Below, one piece after another: positions 1 through 14,214 of a DNA stretch of 64,000 nt. The DNA lies in contig NW_024704743.1 in the NCBI RefSeq assembly GCF_018977255.1, positions 92,010,001 through 92,074,000 of the forward strand, given 5' to 3'. Origin of the DNA: Callorhinchus milii. Its lineage: Eukaryota. The notes beneath the pieces were generated by a model that had not been told where the DNA came from, did not search any database, and was given only the letters and a program-made list of their open reading frames with translations. Made by a program: the position numbers and the translations under genes. Position 1 is the first letter of the stretch. Each line of letters begins with the position of its first letter.

Positions 1-163
1 ATATATCACAAATTGCTTTATACAATAAATTAATTAAGCTACAGTGACAGCTACTGTCTAAGACCGAGGCCTTCCTAATTGGCTCCCGTCAGCGCCTCCA
101 CACCTCGGGCACTGACAGCATCCCCATCCAAGGATGCACACTCAACCTCACTGAGCCAGTCCA

Positions 164-297
164 AATTACATTTGTATAGCGCCTTTCATGTTGGGAGGAC
201 ATCCCAAGGCGCTAGACAGTCAGGGATTTGGACCCGAGCTGGGGGTCGGGATCAGGGAGGGTGGAGGGCAGGGTGGGTAGGAGGGTGGCATGTGATA
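164..297 (-). mobile_element. L2-clade LINE 3' tail fragment
   Basis: Matches the L2 3' ends at 27257-27400 and 52800-52926 (ttacatttgtatagcgcctttcatgttgggaggacatcccaaggcgct...ggacccgagctggg). Confidence 0.8.
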
Positions 298-638
298 GAT
301 CCTATTATTTAAACTTATCCAATGTAGGATCCTCACAATCACAAGAGAGAGGAATATTAGACCATCATGGGTTGAATTGGATTTGAGTTCAAAAGTTCCA
401 GAAGTGACGAGGCACTGTTCCAATCCATTGTGTTTCATGTTCCCTCTGACTAAAAAAGTTGACAGTGCTGAGTGAGGTAATCTGTAGCAGTCAATCCAAT
501 ATAGGAATATAGAAGTGAAATTTACAATGATTCATAATATATTCATAGCAAAAAATGGAAATCAGGAATAGGCGGAGACCTTTCAGCTTTATTCTTTATG
601 ATAATTATTAAGAAATGTCCCAAATTTTGAACCATATT

Positions 639-836
639 CATGGGATGTAATTTGTGATATTCACAAACCAAGATTTATTGCATAAATTGCAGCCTCTGGT
701 TTGTGAAATTGCTGTTCGTTTTGCCTCCAGGTCTGTTTTGGACTCTGTCGTGATTATTTCAGGCTGGAAACCACAAACAAGAAATTACAATTAATACAAC
801 TGCCTTCAATTTGTGAATATTACAAATTAGACCCTG
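639..836. mobile_element. Candidate ~200-bp MITE with imperfect ~27-bp terminal inverted repeats
   Basis: Left end catgggatgtaatttgtgatattcacaaa; reverse complement of right end cagggtctaatttgtaatattcacaaa. No clear TSD. Confidence 0.45.
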
Positions 837-1242
837 CAGACTACATGTCCAAGGAATTTTTACTTTTTGTAAAGAGGATATTTTATATATTCTCGATGGG
901 AGCACAAAGCTGCACACCCAAGTTCTCCATGACTCCCAGTATCTTTAAAAGATAGACATGCAATAAAAGTCAAGTTCTATTTGATTTTCTACATAAATAG
1001 GAATAATTATCTTCCGTTGTAACCAATGTTGTGATAACATGCCTTGTACAATTTAATATTAGCAACTGTCTGTTGCTGTGGTGCCTTGAATAAAACATTT
1101 GTTTTGCACAAGTGTCAGACATCCGGCTGATCAAAACAGTAAAAAAAAACATCTCCATCTAAATCAGCCTCCAAACTAAGTAAGTATCTGAATATGGTCA
1201 ATTGCTGACATGGTTGTTATTGTGGAGTGTCTCAATTACTGT

Positions 1243-1562
1243 GGAGTCCTGAAGCTCAGTGGTTAGAGCACTCGCTTTGCAAGCGAGAGACCTGAGTTCA
1301 ATTCCTGGCAGAGGGCGAAACCTTGGGCAAGTTTCCTTACTCCACACGCCTAATAATAATCCCTCCAAAAAAACAATAATAAATTGATCATTTTCAATCT
1401 ACGACTGTTTGTGGGACATTGCTGTGCGCAATTGGCAGCTGCGTTTACCCACAAATATACAGTCAATTCACTTTACGGTGTGTTCTGTGAAGTGCTTTGG
1501 GACGTCCTCCCGACTTGAAAAGCACTATATCAAATGCAAAGATTATTATTATTATTATTATT
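1243..1562 (+). mobile_element. Young tRNA-Ala(TGC)-derived SINE, full length (3' Deu-like core, L2-type tail)
   Basis: A box agctcagtgg, anticodon arm ctcgc-tttgcaa-gcgag, B box gagttcaattcc, core tgtttgtgggacattgctgtgcgcaattggcagctgcgttt, L2-like tail, then (tta)n. Confidence 0.9.
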
Positions 1563-1689
1563 GGAGTGTAGGAAAGACAGCCTGTGGTCATTGGTGTGGT
1601 TTCAGGATAGTTAGCTAAAACCACACAATATATATGCACAATATCCACAATAGATATTCCAGAGACCCTAATGTAATGCCAGCTGCACA

Positions 1690-1845
1690 TACTCTGACCG
1701 CTGCATCAACATTGGAACGTGAGCTTTCATTCACTACTCCCTCAATTTCTGGAAATGCCTCCCAAAATCTCTCAATCACTCACACCTTCTCCAAAACCAT
1801 TCTAAAAACTTTCCTCTTCAGCTATGCCTTTGGACACCTTCTCTT
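1690..1845 (+). mobile_element. Decayed L2 ORF2 3' fragment
   Basis: Resembles the ...GRAFS..P.LWN.LP..L..SFK..LKTFLF region of the L2 copies at 38.7 kb. Confidence 0.6.
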
Positions 1846-1906
1846 ACCCCAATCCTGTCTTGCTTGGGTATTATCCCTGTCTCTATACATTGCATTTTGT
1901 TTGGAT

Positions 1907-2075
1907 CAGCTTGGTGTCTGAGACATGCGGAAACTCACCGTGTTCAAGAGTATTGAAACCAAACTATTTATGCCACCTACACATGTCAATTTCCCTGTGT
2001 CTAGAATTGAATGCACACTCTCGCATGCACCCTGCTTCCCTGATTCGCGAGAGTATAAAGTAAAGGTTGTCAAGA
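1907..2075 (+). repeat. Unclassified ~450-bp dispersed repeat, 5' part
   Basis: Aligns by eye with copies at 7.1, 10.0, 14.0, 29.8 and 52.1 kb (tgtctgacacatgc.gaaac...aagagtatccaaacc...ccacctacacatggaaat...ggaatggaatgc). Confidence 0.75.
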
Positions 2076-2544
2076 TCCAATTGCTACTATTTTTACACTG
2101 GAGACACATGTTTAGCGAAGGGGCATGTCAAACACTGCGAGATAATCAACTGGCCAAAATAAATCTCTGTCCTGTATTGCTTTCTAAGAATCACACAGAA
2201 CTTGGACTAAGAATAAATTGAGCATACAATTTGTCGCTATTTCCTTTTCAAAGTGTGCCTGTGAACATTTTTATTGAGGTTCTGGATACATTTTGAAGGT
2301 GGTTGGGATGTAAACTAAACCAAATGATCTAGTGTCGTGCACTGTGTGAATATGAAGTCACACAACAATTTCAGTAATTAAGTACAAAATAGATTAATTG
2401 ACATATTTACTGTAAACTTGTCCAGTTATAGAGGGACGGAATATAAATCACACCCAGTTAATCCATTTGATACAATGTTTGGAGGCGCAGGTGAGAAGCA
2501 TGATTATTAGATTGATAGCTTATTGAAAGCATTTACTTTAGGTA

Positions 2545-3092
2545 GCCTGGCTCAGTTGATATCAAAGGTGAGTTGCTGCCACATTAAGTCTTTGAACACA
2601 TAGACTAAGATAACATTGGAATGTAATGCTGATGGGGAGGATTGCTACTAATGCAGTGTTGGGGGAGTGGGGTGCTGCTTTATTGAAGATGTTAAATTGA
2701 GGTTCTGGTTGCCTTTCAGCTGGACATTAAAGATCCCATGCACTATTTGAAAAAATAAGGGAATTTCACCTGCAAGCAATCCTCCAAACAAAATTGCTCA
2801 TTCACTTCAAGGCTGTTTTGGGGACATTCATAGAATCTTACAGCACAGAAGGAGACCATTCGGCCCATCGTGCCTGCGCCAGCTCTTTGAAAGAGCTATT
2901 CAACTAGTCCCACTCCCCCGCTCTTACCCCATTGCCCTGCACAGAATGATAGTACAGAGCTTTGTAACAATTGGACTCCACATTCACCTACAAAATGCAC
3001 TATTACTACAATTTATGGTATATTCTGTGAAGTGTTTTGAGACATCCTCCTGAACTGAAAGGTGCTATCTCAAATGCAACAATTACTATTCA
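2545..3092 (+). mobile_element. Old Deu-domain SINE interrupted by a CR1 3' tail (2828-2945, minus strand)
   Basis: Head agcctggctcagttg, core ttaaagatcccatgcactatttgaa, tail tgtgaagtgttttgagacatcc. The insert catagaatcttacagcacagaaggagaccattcggcccatcg is the reverse of a CR1 3' end like 59330-59403. Confidence 0.7.
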
Positions 3093-3143
3093 TTTTCTTC
3101 ACCAATAATGAATTTAGTTATCTTAACAAGCCTTAGCTCTCTG

Positions 3144-3184
<41 letters not shown>

Positions 3185-3487
3185 CCTTGCATTTGATATA
3201 GTGCTTTTCACATCGGGAGGACGTCCCAAAGCACTTCACAGAACACACTGTAAAGTGAATTGACTATATTTGTGGGCGACCGCGGCAGCCAATTGCGTCG
3301 CAGCAATATCCCACAAACAGTCGTAGATTGAAAATGACCAATTTATTATTGTTTTGGGTTTTGGAGGGATTATTATTAGGCGTGTTGAGTAAGGAAACTT
3401 GCCCAAGGTTTCGCCCTCTGCCTGGAATTGATCTCAGGTCTCTCGCTTGCAAAGCGAGTGCTCTAACTACTGAGCTACAGGACTTCA
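3144..3487 (-). mobile_element. Young tRNA-Ala SINE, full length, with long (aat)n tail
   Basis: Reverse complement closely matches 1243-1562. Confidence 0.9.
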
Positions 3488-6400
3488 CAATTCACTGATG
3501 GTGAATTTAAAGTAAAAGTGTAATTTAGAAAGCTTTTGGGGCACATTCTAAGTTTATTTCTATTTGCAAAGTGTGGTTCGTTTAATTTTTAATTGGCAGA
3601 CCTTCCACAATATTCGAGTTCATTTGTGCAATGTGCAGTACATCTGGCCAGATAGAAATACTGAGAGATTTACAATGCTCAAGTAATACTTGATTGATAG
3701 TTTAATACTTTGAAACATTGAACTAATTTTGTTATCTTTCATATTGGGAAGACTACTTCTTTATTTGTTTTTATTTTTGTAACACTTCAGAGAATTTCCT
3801 GTCAGGCTAGATATCAATTTATGTGACAACACGAATTTCTCTGATGGGCATTAAAAAGTTATTTAGTCTGCATAGTCAAAACTCACTAAATGCTGTAAAC
3901 AGAGATATCTGTCCACTTATTGATGTCTCTCAGTCATCACTTTTGCTCCTTTCATGCATTAGTACTACTATCTAGTGACAGCTAAAGATTAGATATTTTC
4001 TTTATAAATTCACCAGGCATGACGTTTGTCACATTTTGAATGTTCACTTCAATGCTGTGATGAATGTGGAGAGTAGATTGTGGCCTGCCAGCCCATGCAT
4101 GATATGAGCGGAGTAGAATTTCATCATGTGTTGGGGAACAAAATATCCTTTCCTGAAGTAAAAAAAGACAATAGGATGTATTATAGGGTCAAAATGTTAA
4201 GAATTATCATAGGGTGCAAGTTTCTGTGATTTGTGACAGTATTCAGACTCCAAGTGACAAATAGCAACTCCTTCTAGTAACCAGAAGTACATTAGTTATA
4301 TATGGAAAATAAATATCAGTGTTTCTCTTCATCGCTAAAGGAAAATTCTCCAATCAATGGTAAATTTACCGACCTTGGCAACATAGACTTATTACAAGAG
4401 AGGTTCAAATGAGTAAGGACCTTCAGCCCATTTGATTGTCCCTCTAAAACAGGGGATTAACTTCATTGCTCACTTCTCTGTAGTGCCTCTGAGTAATGAA
4501 AAAATCCTGTTATAAGATCACACTGTCAAGATTGGGAGATTTGCTCACTAACGGAGAATTTTCCACATTTATCCTCAACTTCTTGATGCAAACAAGGATG
4601 CTCTCACATCTTGTAGCTCAACATGCTCAATGTTTAATAAACATAATAAACTCATTATCAATTGACAGAGTTAGAGTTATTGAGTTCTGAAACGCAATTA
4701 ACAAAATACAGATCTGTCAATGTCTTTCTACAACTCTTTGCCAACCTGGTTGAAAACAGCTCTCTACACCCCAGTGGAGTTGACGAACAGACAGCGATAG
4801 TTTTTCATCTGTTGTTGGTTAAGCGCTCTGAGATGCCATCCAGCTTGGAGGACGCTATATAAATCCAAGTTGTTGTTGTTAACACAAAAATCTCAGGGTT
4901 CATTACAGTTCCTATTTTCATATACTGTAGTTTGCTAACCTGTAAAATTAAATGAACTGCTAGATATTTTTGGTTGCAGTACTTCTATTAAGCTGTTTTA
5001 CAGAAGTTGTTTGAATATCTAGACACAGCATATTGCATAAATGACTTGTGAGCAAAAAATGTGATAGAGATATTGATACGGATCCTCTAGGTATTGAATT
5101 CTCTTTGAAGTTAAAAAAAAACGGCTTGTGGGTGCTAGATTAAACATTCCCCTCTGGCCTCTGGGATATATTCAGATGAAAGGGATGCTTCCTCACGCAG
5201 TTGTTATTAAACTTAACTGATATGTATTTGAGCAGAATGAATTTAGTTGTTATTGAATACAAGTTAATTCCCAGTGTGTATGAGACAACACATAAAAATG
5301 CCCTCACATTTGTTACCAATTATCACTGATTCATTTTTGTATTCTCCTTCAGATGTGTTATAAGGTTCAAACATCACATAAATCTTTTAGGAAAGTCTTT
5401 GTCTGTGGTTTCATTGAGAATATCATCGATTCAATATTCACAACCATGATTCTCAGTTAACACTTCTACGGATTCTAAATGGGATTGAAAAAATAAACCT
5501 AGGTTCAGATTTACCATGCCAGGATGTGAGAGGACACAGGGTTCATTCCGGGTTGTAAAAAGAAATATCTCGACAGATACCAGGAATTAGTTTTGGGGGA
5601 AGACTGCAAACGGCAACATTGGTCCTAAAATACAGAGTGATACAGCATTGAAACAGACCATTTGGCCTAACTAGACGGGTGGATGGGAGTAGTGTTCATT
5701 GTTCATTGCCTAATCTGGACTGGTGTTTAAACCCCACTCAAGTCCCGACTCCCCGTATTGACTGGAACAAGGTTACCAAGTAGGGACGTTGAGTTCAGAC
5801 TGCTGGTGTGGGGGAAGGAAGTTAAGCTGATGGAAGAAACAAAGTGAAGAGTACGTAAGAATACAGAAGAGTGAAACCAAGAAAAGAACAGAACTATAGA
5901 AATAGAGGAGAGACCCTGTTGAAGGCAACAGAGAAGTCAAGAAGAACAAGTAAGCAAAGGGAGTAGAATAAGTGGTCAGAACAATGATTTAATTTAGATA
6001 TCTGGTCAGTGAACTGCAGCAAATCTGCCGTCTGATTTAATGTGTTGTGGTATTGATGACATCCTCTAGGTTCATAACCAAATCAGCAGAAGTAATTCCA
6101 ATTGGATATGTTGATGCCTGATACGTGACATATAACTAAGGGAAACAAGATGATAAAGAAGCACAGTTGTTGCTCCATTGTCAGAGTAGCATGGTGAATT
6201 ATATTTGAGGAAAGGAAAAGAAAGACTTCCTGAAATGTGGCTCATTTGCTGCTCTGTTTGATTGCAATATAGGTCTCCGGAATGCACTTTACCCATACTG
6301 ATCCCAGAAGTACACTAATCATCTTCCACACCTTCTAATTGAATATTATAATGACTTCATATTGAATTGTAACTTACTTACAAAAATAGTCATCTTGTGC

Positions 6401-7129
6401 AGTGAATGGTCGATAAAAATGCCAAAAAATGTTTTACTCCCAATGCAGAAGTCATTAAAACTAATATAATTAAATTGTAAATGAATTTACAACTGTTGTA
6501 ATGATTGTGAAATTCCAGAAATTCTTTATTTTCAATTACACTTTCTTCCAATTGATTTGTTCATTGCCTTTATTGGATAGCATTGGACTAATTAAAAATT
6601 GAGCATTGTAAAGCATTTACTTACTGTTCCAGTCCCTGTATTTTATTATTAATGATTCCACTGTAAACTCACCTTATGGAAGTATTGCTAAAAGTGTAAG
6701 TAAAAGTTTACAGCACGTAAACTGGCAGAACTCCTGGTTCTGCAGTACGTTTGACATAAATAATGCATCTGTGCCATTGATCTGTGAGAGTGAAAATAAC
6801 TTGAATGTCGGAAAAGAAGTCAATTAAATACAATGAGGGTATAGTTAAAGATTGGATGTTTCACCCATCATAAAGGAAAATCCCACTTCATGTAAAGAAA
6901 TACTTCAGGGAAGTTTCACAAAGCTAAGAAGGAAACTGTGCCTAAGCTGCAGGGAGGGATTTGATATCTCCACACATGGCTTTCCATTTAAGGTTTGCAA
7001 GTACAGACTTAGTATTCAGCCACTGCACATCAAACTACACCAGGTTGATGCATAATGGCTGAATATTAAGCAGGGTCTCCTTGAAGCTGAACTGGCTTCA
7101 AGGTGACATTTCCTGCAATGAAAAGTAGG

Positions 7130-7478
7130 AATCTCAGTAGTCGAGTTCCTGAACTGCTGATGACAGCACTGCCAGCCTGGCTTACTGGCAAGACCTGAAA
7201 GGGCAGACCAGTCACTGGGGGCAGGGAGTCATCCCATTCAACTCCTGTTAACCCTGCAAGCCAAAGCCCTAACGGGTAGGGTGGTTCTAGCTGGACAAGC
7301 AGCAGGAAAGCTTGCCAGACAGGAATATGCATCCCTCCAGAGAGAAAGTATGCATTCCATTCCAACAGTCTATCTCTGGGATTTCCATGTGTAGGTGGGA
7401 TGCATGGAAATCTCAGCTTGGTTTGGATACTCTTAAGTATGGTGATGGGTTTCAGATGTGTCAGACACCGGTTGACCA
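7130..7478 (-). repeat. Unclassified ~450-bp dispersed repeat (internally deleted copy)
   Basis: Reverse complement matches 9965-10296 and 29750-30175. Confidence 0.8.
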
Positions 7479-8067
7479 ACAAAAAAAACCTGCACCATTT
7501 GAAGAGTTGAGATACTCTGAAAACGAATGGAAAGATTTTTTCATCCTCTTAGTTTTTCCCCTCCTCCTGTGAAGGCAATGGCACTCAAACCACATTGCAT
7601 CACCTAAGTGACCATTCTCCATGAGGTGTTTAGACAATGATTGACAGCAGACCATTGCTGGGGGTTGCTCAGCCTTGTTTTTGCACGTGCACAACAAGCA
7701 CATCCACAGAGCTGTGATAAACAGCTCCAAATATAGTTTCCTTTTTAAAAAAAACTCCTCTGGTGGCTTCAGATTTGGGATATGGAATCAAAGTGATGCC
7801 CTTGAAACTTCACTTATGCTGGATGTTTTAGTGTTGATCCAACATGGAAATTGAGGTTTGAAATTCCTAACTGCACAGCATAAATAAGGCATTACTGTCA
7901 GACCACATTTTCCAATATGTGTTTAACACAGCAGTAAACCCTTCCCATTATTGGGCTAAAAAGACCAATTTAGTCAATTATTAAGGAATAGATTCAATTA
8001 GCTTATGTGTATGATTTCTGCTTTAATTAGAAATCAAGTACAAGTGGAAAGTACAAGAAATCAAGTA

Positions 8068-8372
8068 GAGTCCTGCAGCTCAGTGGTTAGAGCACTCGCC
8101 TTGCAAGCGAGACACCTGGGTTCAATTCCAGGCAGGGCGAAACCTGAGCAAGTTCCCTTACTCCACACGCCTAATAATAATCCCTCCAAAACAAAAATAA
8201 ATTGGTCATTTTCAATCCACAACTGTTTGTGGGACACTGCTATGCTCAATTGGCTACCGCGTTTCACCCACAAATATACGGTCAATTCACTTCACAGTCT
8301 ATTCTGTGAAGCGCTTTGAGACGTCAAGAAGATATGAAAAGTGCTATATCAAATGCAAGGATTATTATTATT
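8068..8372 (+). mobile_element. Young tRNA-Ala SINE, full length
   Basis: Same head, core and tail as 1243-1562. Confidence 0.9.
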
Positions 8373-9964
8373 ATATTATAATTAGAGCTTTATGACACCT
8401 GTGCTCCAATTTCCAATGAGACCAGGTATTAATGCCGAACACTGAAATCATGAAAACTAAATAAAAAGGGGCAGTGAAACCAACCAGTGAGATGTTGGTG
8501 GGGGGTGGTGGGTTGTCAGTGAGGACAACTGATGAGGAAGGGGCAGTACTGTAACAGCTGCTCTCTCGTGTCTGGGCGAGACCCTTTTCCTGATGGAGAG
8601 GTCCAGGTCCACCCACTGGGGAGGATTTATTTGGTGAGCCCCAGTGGAGGGATATACGGAGGTGTTCCTGTGTGCTGGAAGGTGAATCAGGTTAGGGCGT
8701 TGCTGTAGTGTCTTCACCAGGTTGACTGACAGGTTTTATTGGTATTGAAACCTAGGACCAATGTTGCCTTTTGAAGTCTTCCCAATACAAGCTGGTCAAT
8801 TGTCACTGAAACCAATTCCCTGGATTACGTCAGTCCTCACCATGTATTACTAACTTGCCTTGCTGCCAAAATAGATTTCATGGTGGGAGCCAGAAGACAA
8901 ATAAAGAAGAGACATCCCTGTTACTGTAACCTGATGCAGTGGGTGGTAACTTAAAGCCATCACTGGATGGGGGCAGATGAGAGCGTGGGGAGCAATAGAC
9001 CAAAGCATGTCAATGCCACAGACTAATTCTTCCACAGGTTGGAAGGGTTGAAACTAAATGCATGATAGAGATCTCTGTGTTCTACATGAACTAGTGATAA
9101 CTTGCAGGAAAGGAAAATCAGACTTGAACAACATCACAAAATAACAAATGACTAAAATGTAAAACTCCTTTAAATTGCAGACTGAATCCATCAAAGAAAT
9201 ATACTGGCTCTTTAAAGCTACTGAATAACATAATCCAAATTAATAAATCATAAGTTTAATCAAATCACTGCATTACAAATATCAATCAATATTTGATTAT
9301 GAATTTTACTACAGTTGCAAAAATGATGTTGTCCTTGTAATCTTAGTTAATGCATTGCTTGCAGTATATGCCTTTATGCCAAGTAAACATATTTGCGCAA
9401 TAGAGCATTACTTTCTGAAACTATCTTTTATGAACCAACTAAAAAGCTTTTTGATGCAATAATATTAGAAGGGGGAAGCAACAGATCATAGTGAACAGAT
9501 CAAGTTACACTAATCTCAGTCAGTAACTTTTGCCTTTGGGATTTAAGCTTGAACCCAGGTAGGGAAGTGAGTAACCTGAATTTATATTGTGTTTAGGCAT
9601 TAAATTTAATTGGTCGTCTGGGATGGATTACCGAAAACTCTACTCTGCGCCTTGCTGCAGTGTTTGATGCTGTCATGCGAGATATAAAACCTTTTTTTTC
9701 CCTGTCTTAACATCCTTCATATAAACGCAAAAAATTCACCAAAATTTCACAAGATTATATCTTTAAATAAAAATGAGGGAGCCAAGATGAAGGAAAGGAG
9801 GTCACGTTTACTGTGCAGTGAATCTCGAGGCATAGTCTGGGAAGAGATGCAGACTGGGTCAATGCAGTTTCCATGGATAAAGGAAAGTGACTGTGCTTCA
9901 CAGGTAGCCAATTTACCCAAATTAACTTCTTCAAGAGAAGCTTTGTTGGGTTTTGCTTGACAGG

Positions 9965-10296
9965 GATACAGAACCCATCACCGACATAAGAGTATCCAAA
10001 CCAAATAGAGTTTCAATTATGTATGCCACCCATAAATAGAAATTTCTCTGTGTCTGGAATGGAATGTGCACTCTCTCCCTGGAAGGACTACACCCCTATT
10101 ACTTAATTCTGGAGATTATTAGGCACAGGTTAGCAAGAGCCAAGGCTTGGGGGTACTGCTGGTGTTTAGCCAGCTAAATACAAATAGCTTGCCATCAAAA
10201 GCACTTTCTGGCAAGCTTCCTGCTGCTTGTCCAGCTAGGACCACCCTGCCTGTTAAGAACTTAATCTTACAGGGTTAAATGGACTTGAGTGGGAAG
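9965..10296 (+). repeat. Unclassified ~450-bp dispersed repeat
   Basis: Shared blocks aagagtatccaaacc, tctggaatggaatg, aggcacaggttagcaagagccaagg, gcaagcttcctgctgcttgtccagctagg. Confidence 0.8.
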
Positions 10297-11589
10297 AAGC
10301 TAACAGTTTTGTGACAAGAGCTTCATGAGGCACTAGGTAGAAAGCCTTGTAGGTAGGTTTCCATTGAGTCTTACAATGGCAATTTGAAGTCACAAAGATA
10401 GTTAAAGGGGTGAAAAGTACATCATATATGATGCATTAAATATGACCTATGATAATTATTACATCACTGAGCAATGTGCCCTGCCAAACTAATTTTATAT
10501 TGTACCACTGTTCCTGTGTAAATCTTAAAGCAATGTGAATGTCTAGTCGCTTCTGTCAATCTCCTGTCTCCTCCATCTTCTTTTGCTTTTTCTCCAGTGA
10601 TTTTTGCCTTCTGTAAGAGCCTTTAACCAGTATATCCTCCACGTATTCCCTTTGTCTGTATTGTCTGATTTCATATTTCACTCCTCTCCTCTCTCGCCTT
10701 TGTATCCACAGTATTTCAATCATCACCTGAAAGAGAAGAATTGATTAATATTTCATTCATAACCTTCAGCTTTTAGAACTAAAGCAGTGGGTTCAGGCCA
10801 ACTATATCCTATATTGTGATTGTGCAGCCCAACATCTCAGCTATGATGAACATTTAACATTTAAAATGTTAACCCATTTTTCTCTTTCAGATATGAATCA
10901 CCCTACAATCTATTTCCAGAATTTCTGTTTTTGTAAAGGAACCCTCATTTGAGCATGACTTCGCTTATAGCACTGATGTCCTTTGGACCCACAGTAACTG
11001 GGAAAGTGGTACACCCAGCTTCCAGTGATGGCTAGACAGTTTCTCCACTGAAAAATGACCAATTTCCAAGTTGTCAGGTTGCCACATATGTCACTTCCCC
11101 CTCATTGGGCATGTGTACAATGTGCAGGAAGCATTATTTATGTCAGTTCACAAAAGCAGTAGAATCAGCAGCATAATCTGTACATTAACACGCATGAGTG
11201 CAACATATAAGGAGTGACATCAGCTTTGCTTATACACAGTCATTGAGAAATTGGACCTAGACAACCATGTTATAATGGGAGCGGATGATATTTTGGATTT
11301 TGCCGTATTATGTGTTAAATATCATGTATGTGCCAGTTAGCAATGGTGATCAATTTAACAACTTTATGATATTTAACATATTGACTGTTCCCCAGATCTG
11401 CTGGAAACAAAGTGCCCCTCTCCCCCCAATTCCCTTACCCTTCCCAATGATTGTGTCTGACAAGTCAGCTCAGCCATTAGTCTGTTTGTTCTCCTAAAGG
11501 TATTAACGTGAACTGGTAAATAATAAAGGTAGACATCTAATTTGCTGGACGATAAATTTCAGGACCAGTTTCACAATCTGAGCTGAGCA

Positions 11590-11910
11590 GTCACAGGATC
11601 ACACAATTGGTTTGAGTGAAGAAGGCCCTTGGTTCATCCAATCTCATCCTTCCAGAACACCCCAGCCCTACTATTCCCCCTTAACAGCATCAAACTGCTT
11701 TTTAATGAGTCCAGTGTCCTGGCCTCTAATACCTTTCCGGGCAATCTGTTCCAGTCGTTAATTACCCTCTGAATAAAGAAAAGCTTCCTGGTGTCTGTCC
11801 TGGAATTTTCCTTTACAACTCTAAACCTATGTCTTCTTGTTCTTACTGTCTTTGTTGCTTCCTAAAATATCGATCTGTGTTTACTTTTTCAATCCCCCTT
11901 AAAATGTTAT
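11590..11910 (-). mobile_element. Decayed CR1 3' fragment
   Basis: Reverse complement resembles the CR1 C-terminus (..RK.FF.QRVIN.WN.LP..V) and 3' UTR. Confidence 0.6.
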
Positions 11911-12294
11911 ATGGTTAAAGACTATGGAATAATCTGTTGAAACAGAAAACATTTTGGAGAGTCTTTCAGAATCTGCCAGGATTCTAAGATTGAAGTTCAG
12001 ATCTGAAATGGTTCTGAAATTGTTTCTAGTTATTATGTCCCCATTTTCTACTATTGAAACAGAATTATCTATGGAGTACTTTGAAATGTTGTTGGCCCTG
12101 TATTCAGTGCAATGATTACCATTACTGCACCAAACTGAAACACTTGAACTCTTAGAGCCACTAAGTGAGAACTGCCAGCAATCAAGCTCATTAAAAAGAA
12201 ATTAAAAATAAAGCCAAGAGGAAGCAATGAGACACAGAAAAGAGCAAGCATTCAAACAAAGGACAAAAGAGGTCCAGCAAGGACATACAATATT

Positions 12295-12790
12295 TTTTTA
12301 AATGCTTGCATTTGATATAGCACCTTTTACGTAGAGAGGATGCCTCAAAGTATTTCATGCTATTCATCCTAAAGAATAGTGACTGTTTATTTTGTAGGCA
12401 AGTTTGCATTTTCATAGTGTCTTATCATGCCAAAACATCTGAAAATACTTTCAAGTGACTGTATTTTTATGCAAACATGGTACTTATCTATGCCAGCAGC
12501 ATCCCACAAACAGCCATGAGGTGAATGACCAATTCAATGGGAAGATTATTGGACCAGACACTTTAAGAAACGCTCTCTTTTTTTCAAATAATGTCATGGG
12601 ATCTTTAACATCTACCCGAAACAGTCGAATGGCACTTTTGTTTCAAGTCTTATTTGAAAACAACACCTCTGACAATGCTACACTCTTCCATTCCCGCCCT
12701 TCCGTGTCAACATAGACTTGGGTCTTGAACCTACAACCTTTTTGATCCATTGGCACAAGTGCTAGCAATTGAGCCAAAGCAGCTCTACTA
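12295..12790 (-). mobile_element. Old Deu-domain SINE, near full length
   Basis: Tail cttgcatttgatatagcacc, core tcccacaaacagc and gtcatgggatctttaac, head gagccaaagc. Confidence 0.7.
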
Positions 12791-13944
12791 CAATACTCAG
12801 CATTGGAATGTAAACAGCCCAGCAGTGCCCTCATCTGATCAGAATTGTAGAACTGCCAGGGAAAATACATGCAATCCATTTAATTGCTTGGAAATATAGG
12901 AATAGTGTAATCCCTGTTTAGACAGTCACAGGAAATCTGAAAATATGAAAAGGAAATGCCTAGCAGGTCGATCAGCAATTGAAAGAGAAGTCTGGGTAAT
13001 ATTATGGGTAGGTTACTTCATGAGAGATGAAACTGGAAGGGCTAGAGAAGACCATTTGTTGAACTGAGAAGGAACCAGCCCAAGCCATGCCAAAGAAATC
13101 AAGCAATAAGAACAGGTCCACATCAAGAATTCATTCAAATACAACACTTTTTTAAATAAAAGATAGCGATTGTCTCTGATTGTGTATTAGCAGATTTTAA
13201 AATGCTCTACAGAACATCTCAAGCAGGCAGCATTCAAAATATAAAGGTTTTTATAATTCAGAAGAGAGAGTGGGATGTGAATCCCAATTCAAAGGGAAAT
13301 CAGCAGAATGTCAATGACAACAACTAGGGGAATTGAGCAGGAAGATAGAGGAGACAGAGAATATCTCAACTTGTTGAGGTCAAGTTTGAGATCAGAGTGC
13401 CTGAGGGAAGATAAGAGATTCTGCTGATGTTTGCATGGAAATTAAATAAAATATAGCCCACACTTACAAACTGGAGCCTGTTATTACTTACAATGGAAAA
13501 ACACAAATGTGTGGGGTTTTTTTAGCTATTAAACCAAATTGTGATTAAATGAAACAGAGTACCACTTAGCATCTGGAGGATTTGAATTTGACTTTTACCG
13601 TGTTTAATGGCTTTAGTCGAACTAATACTCAATGTAAAATGGATGTATTTCAGTCTCCAGCTCTGTTATACCTTTCATAGATTTTAATGAATGGATTGGG
13701 GACAAAGATCTGCTTAAAATATGTGCGCTAAGATTTCAGCCAAACAAGAGGAACACACACAGTCTGCCCATGAAATTAAGGGAAATAACAGATGTGGCTG
13801 CAGAATTTTAAGGTAAAATGTAATTTCTCTACATGAAGGAAGAGGTATAGCAAAATATGTGCAAAGATACATTTATACATTACTTGGGAAAGGACAACAG
13901 CAACAACTTGCAACACTCTAGCATCCTTCACATAGGATAATGTA

Positions 13945-14211
13945 AGCTATGCAGTTTTAACTGGTTAGACACCAGCAGTACCCCAACACACACTCTGGGA
14001 TACCCAAGTCTTGGCTCTTGCCAACCTGTGCCTAACACTTTCCAGAATTAGGTAAGTAGGATGTATCCCTCCAAAGAGAGAGTGCGCATTCCATTCCAGT
14101 AAATATTTCTTGAATTTCCATGTGTAGGTGGGATGCATAAAATTCTGTTCGGTTTGGATACTCTTAAGCATGGTGATGGGTTTCTGCATGTGTCAGACAA
14201 CCAGCTGACCA
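13945..14211 (-). repeat. Unclassified ~450-bp dispersed repeat, 5' half
   Basis: Reverse complement matches 9965-10190 and 52096-52340. Confidence 0.8.
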
Positions 14212-14214
14212 AAA

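Noticed and set aside
1243..1318. Functional tRNA-Ala genes
   Set aside because: Always fused to the same body and tail with no oligo-T terminator, so these are SINE heads.
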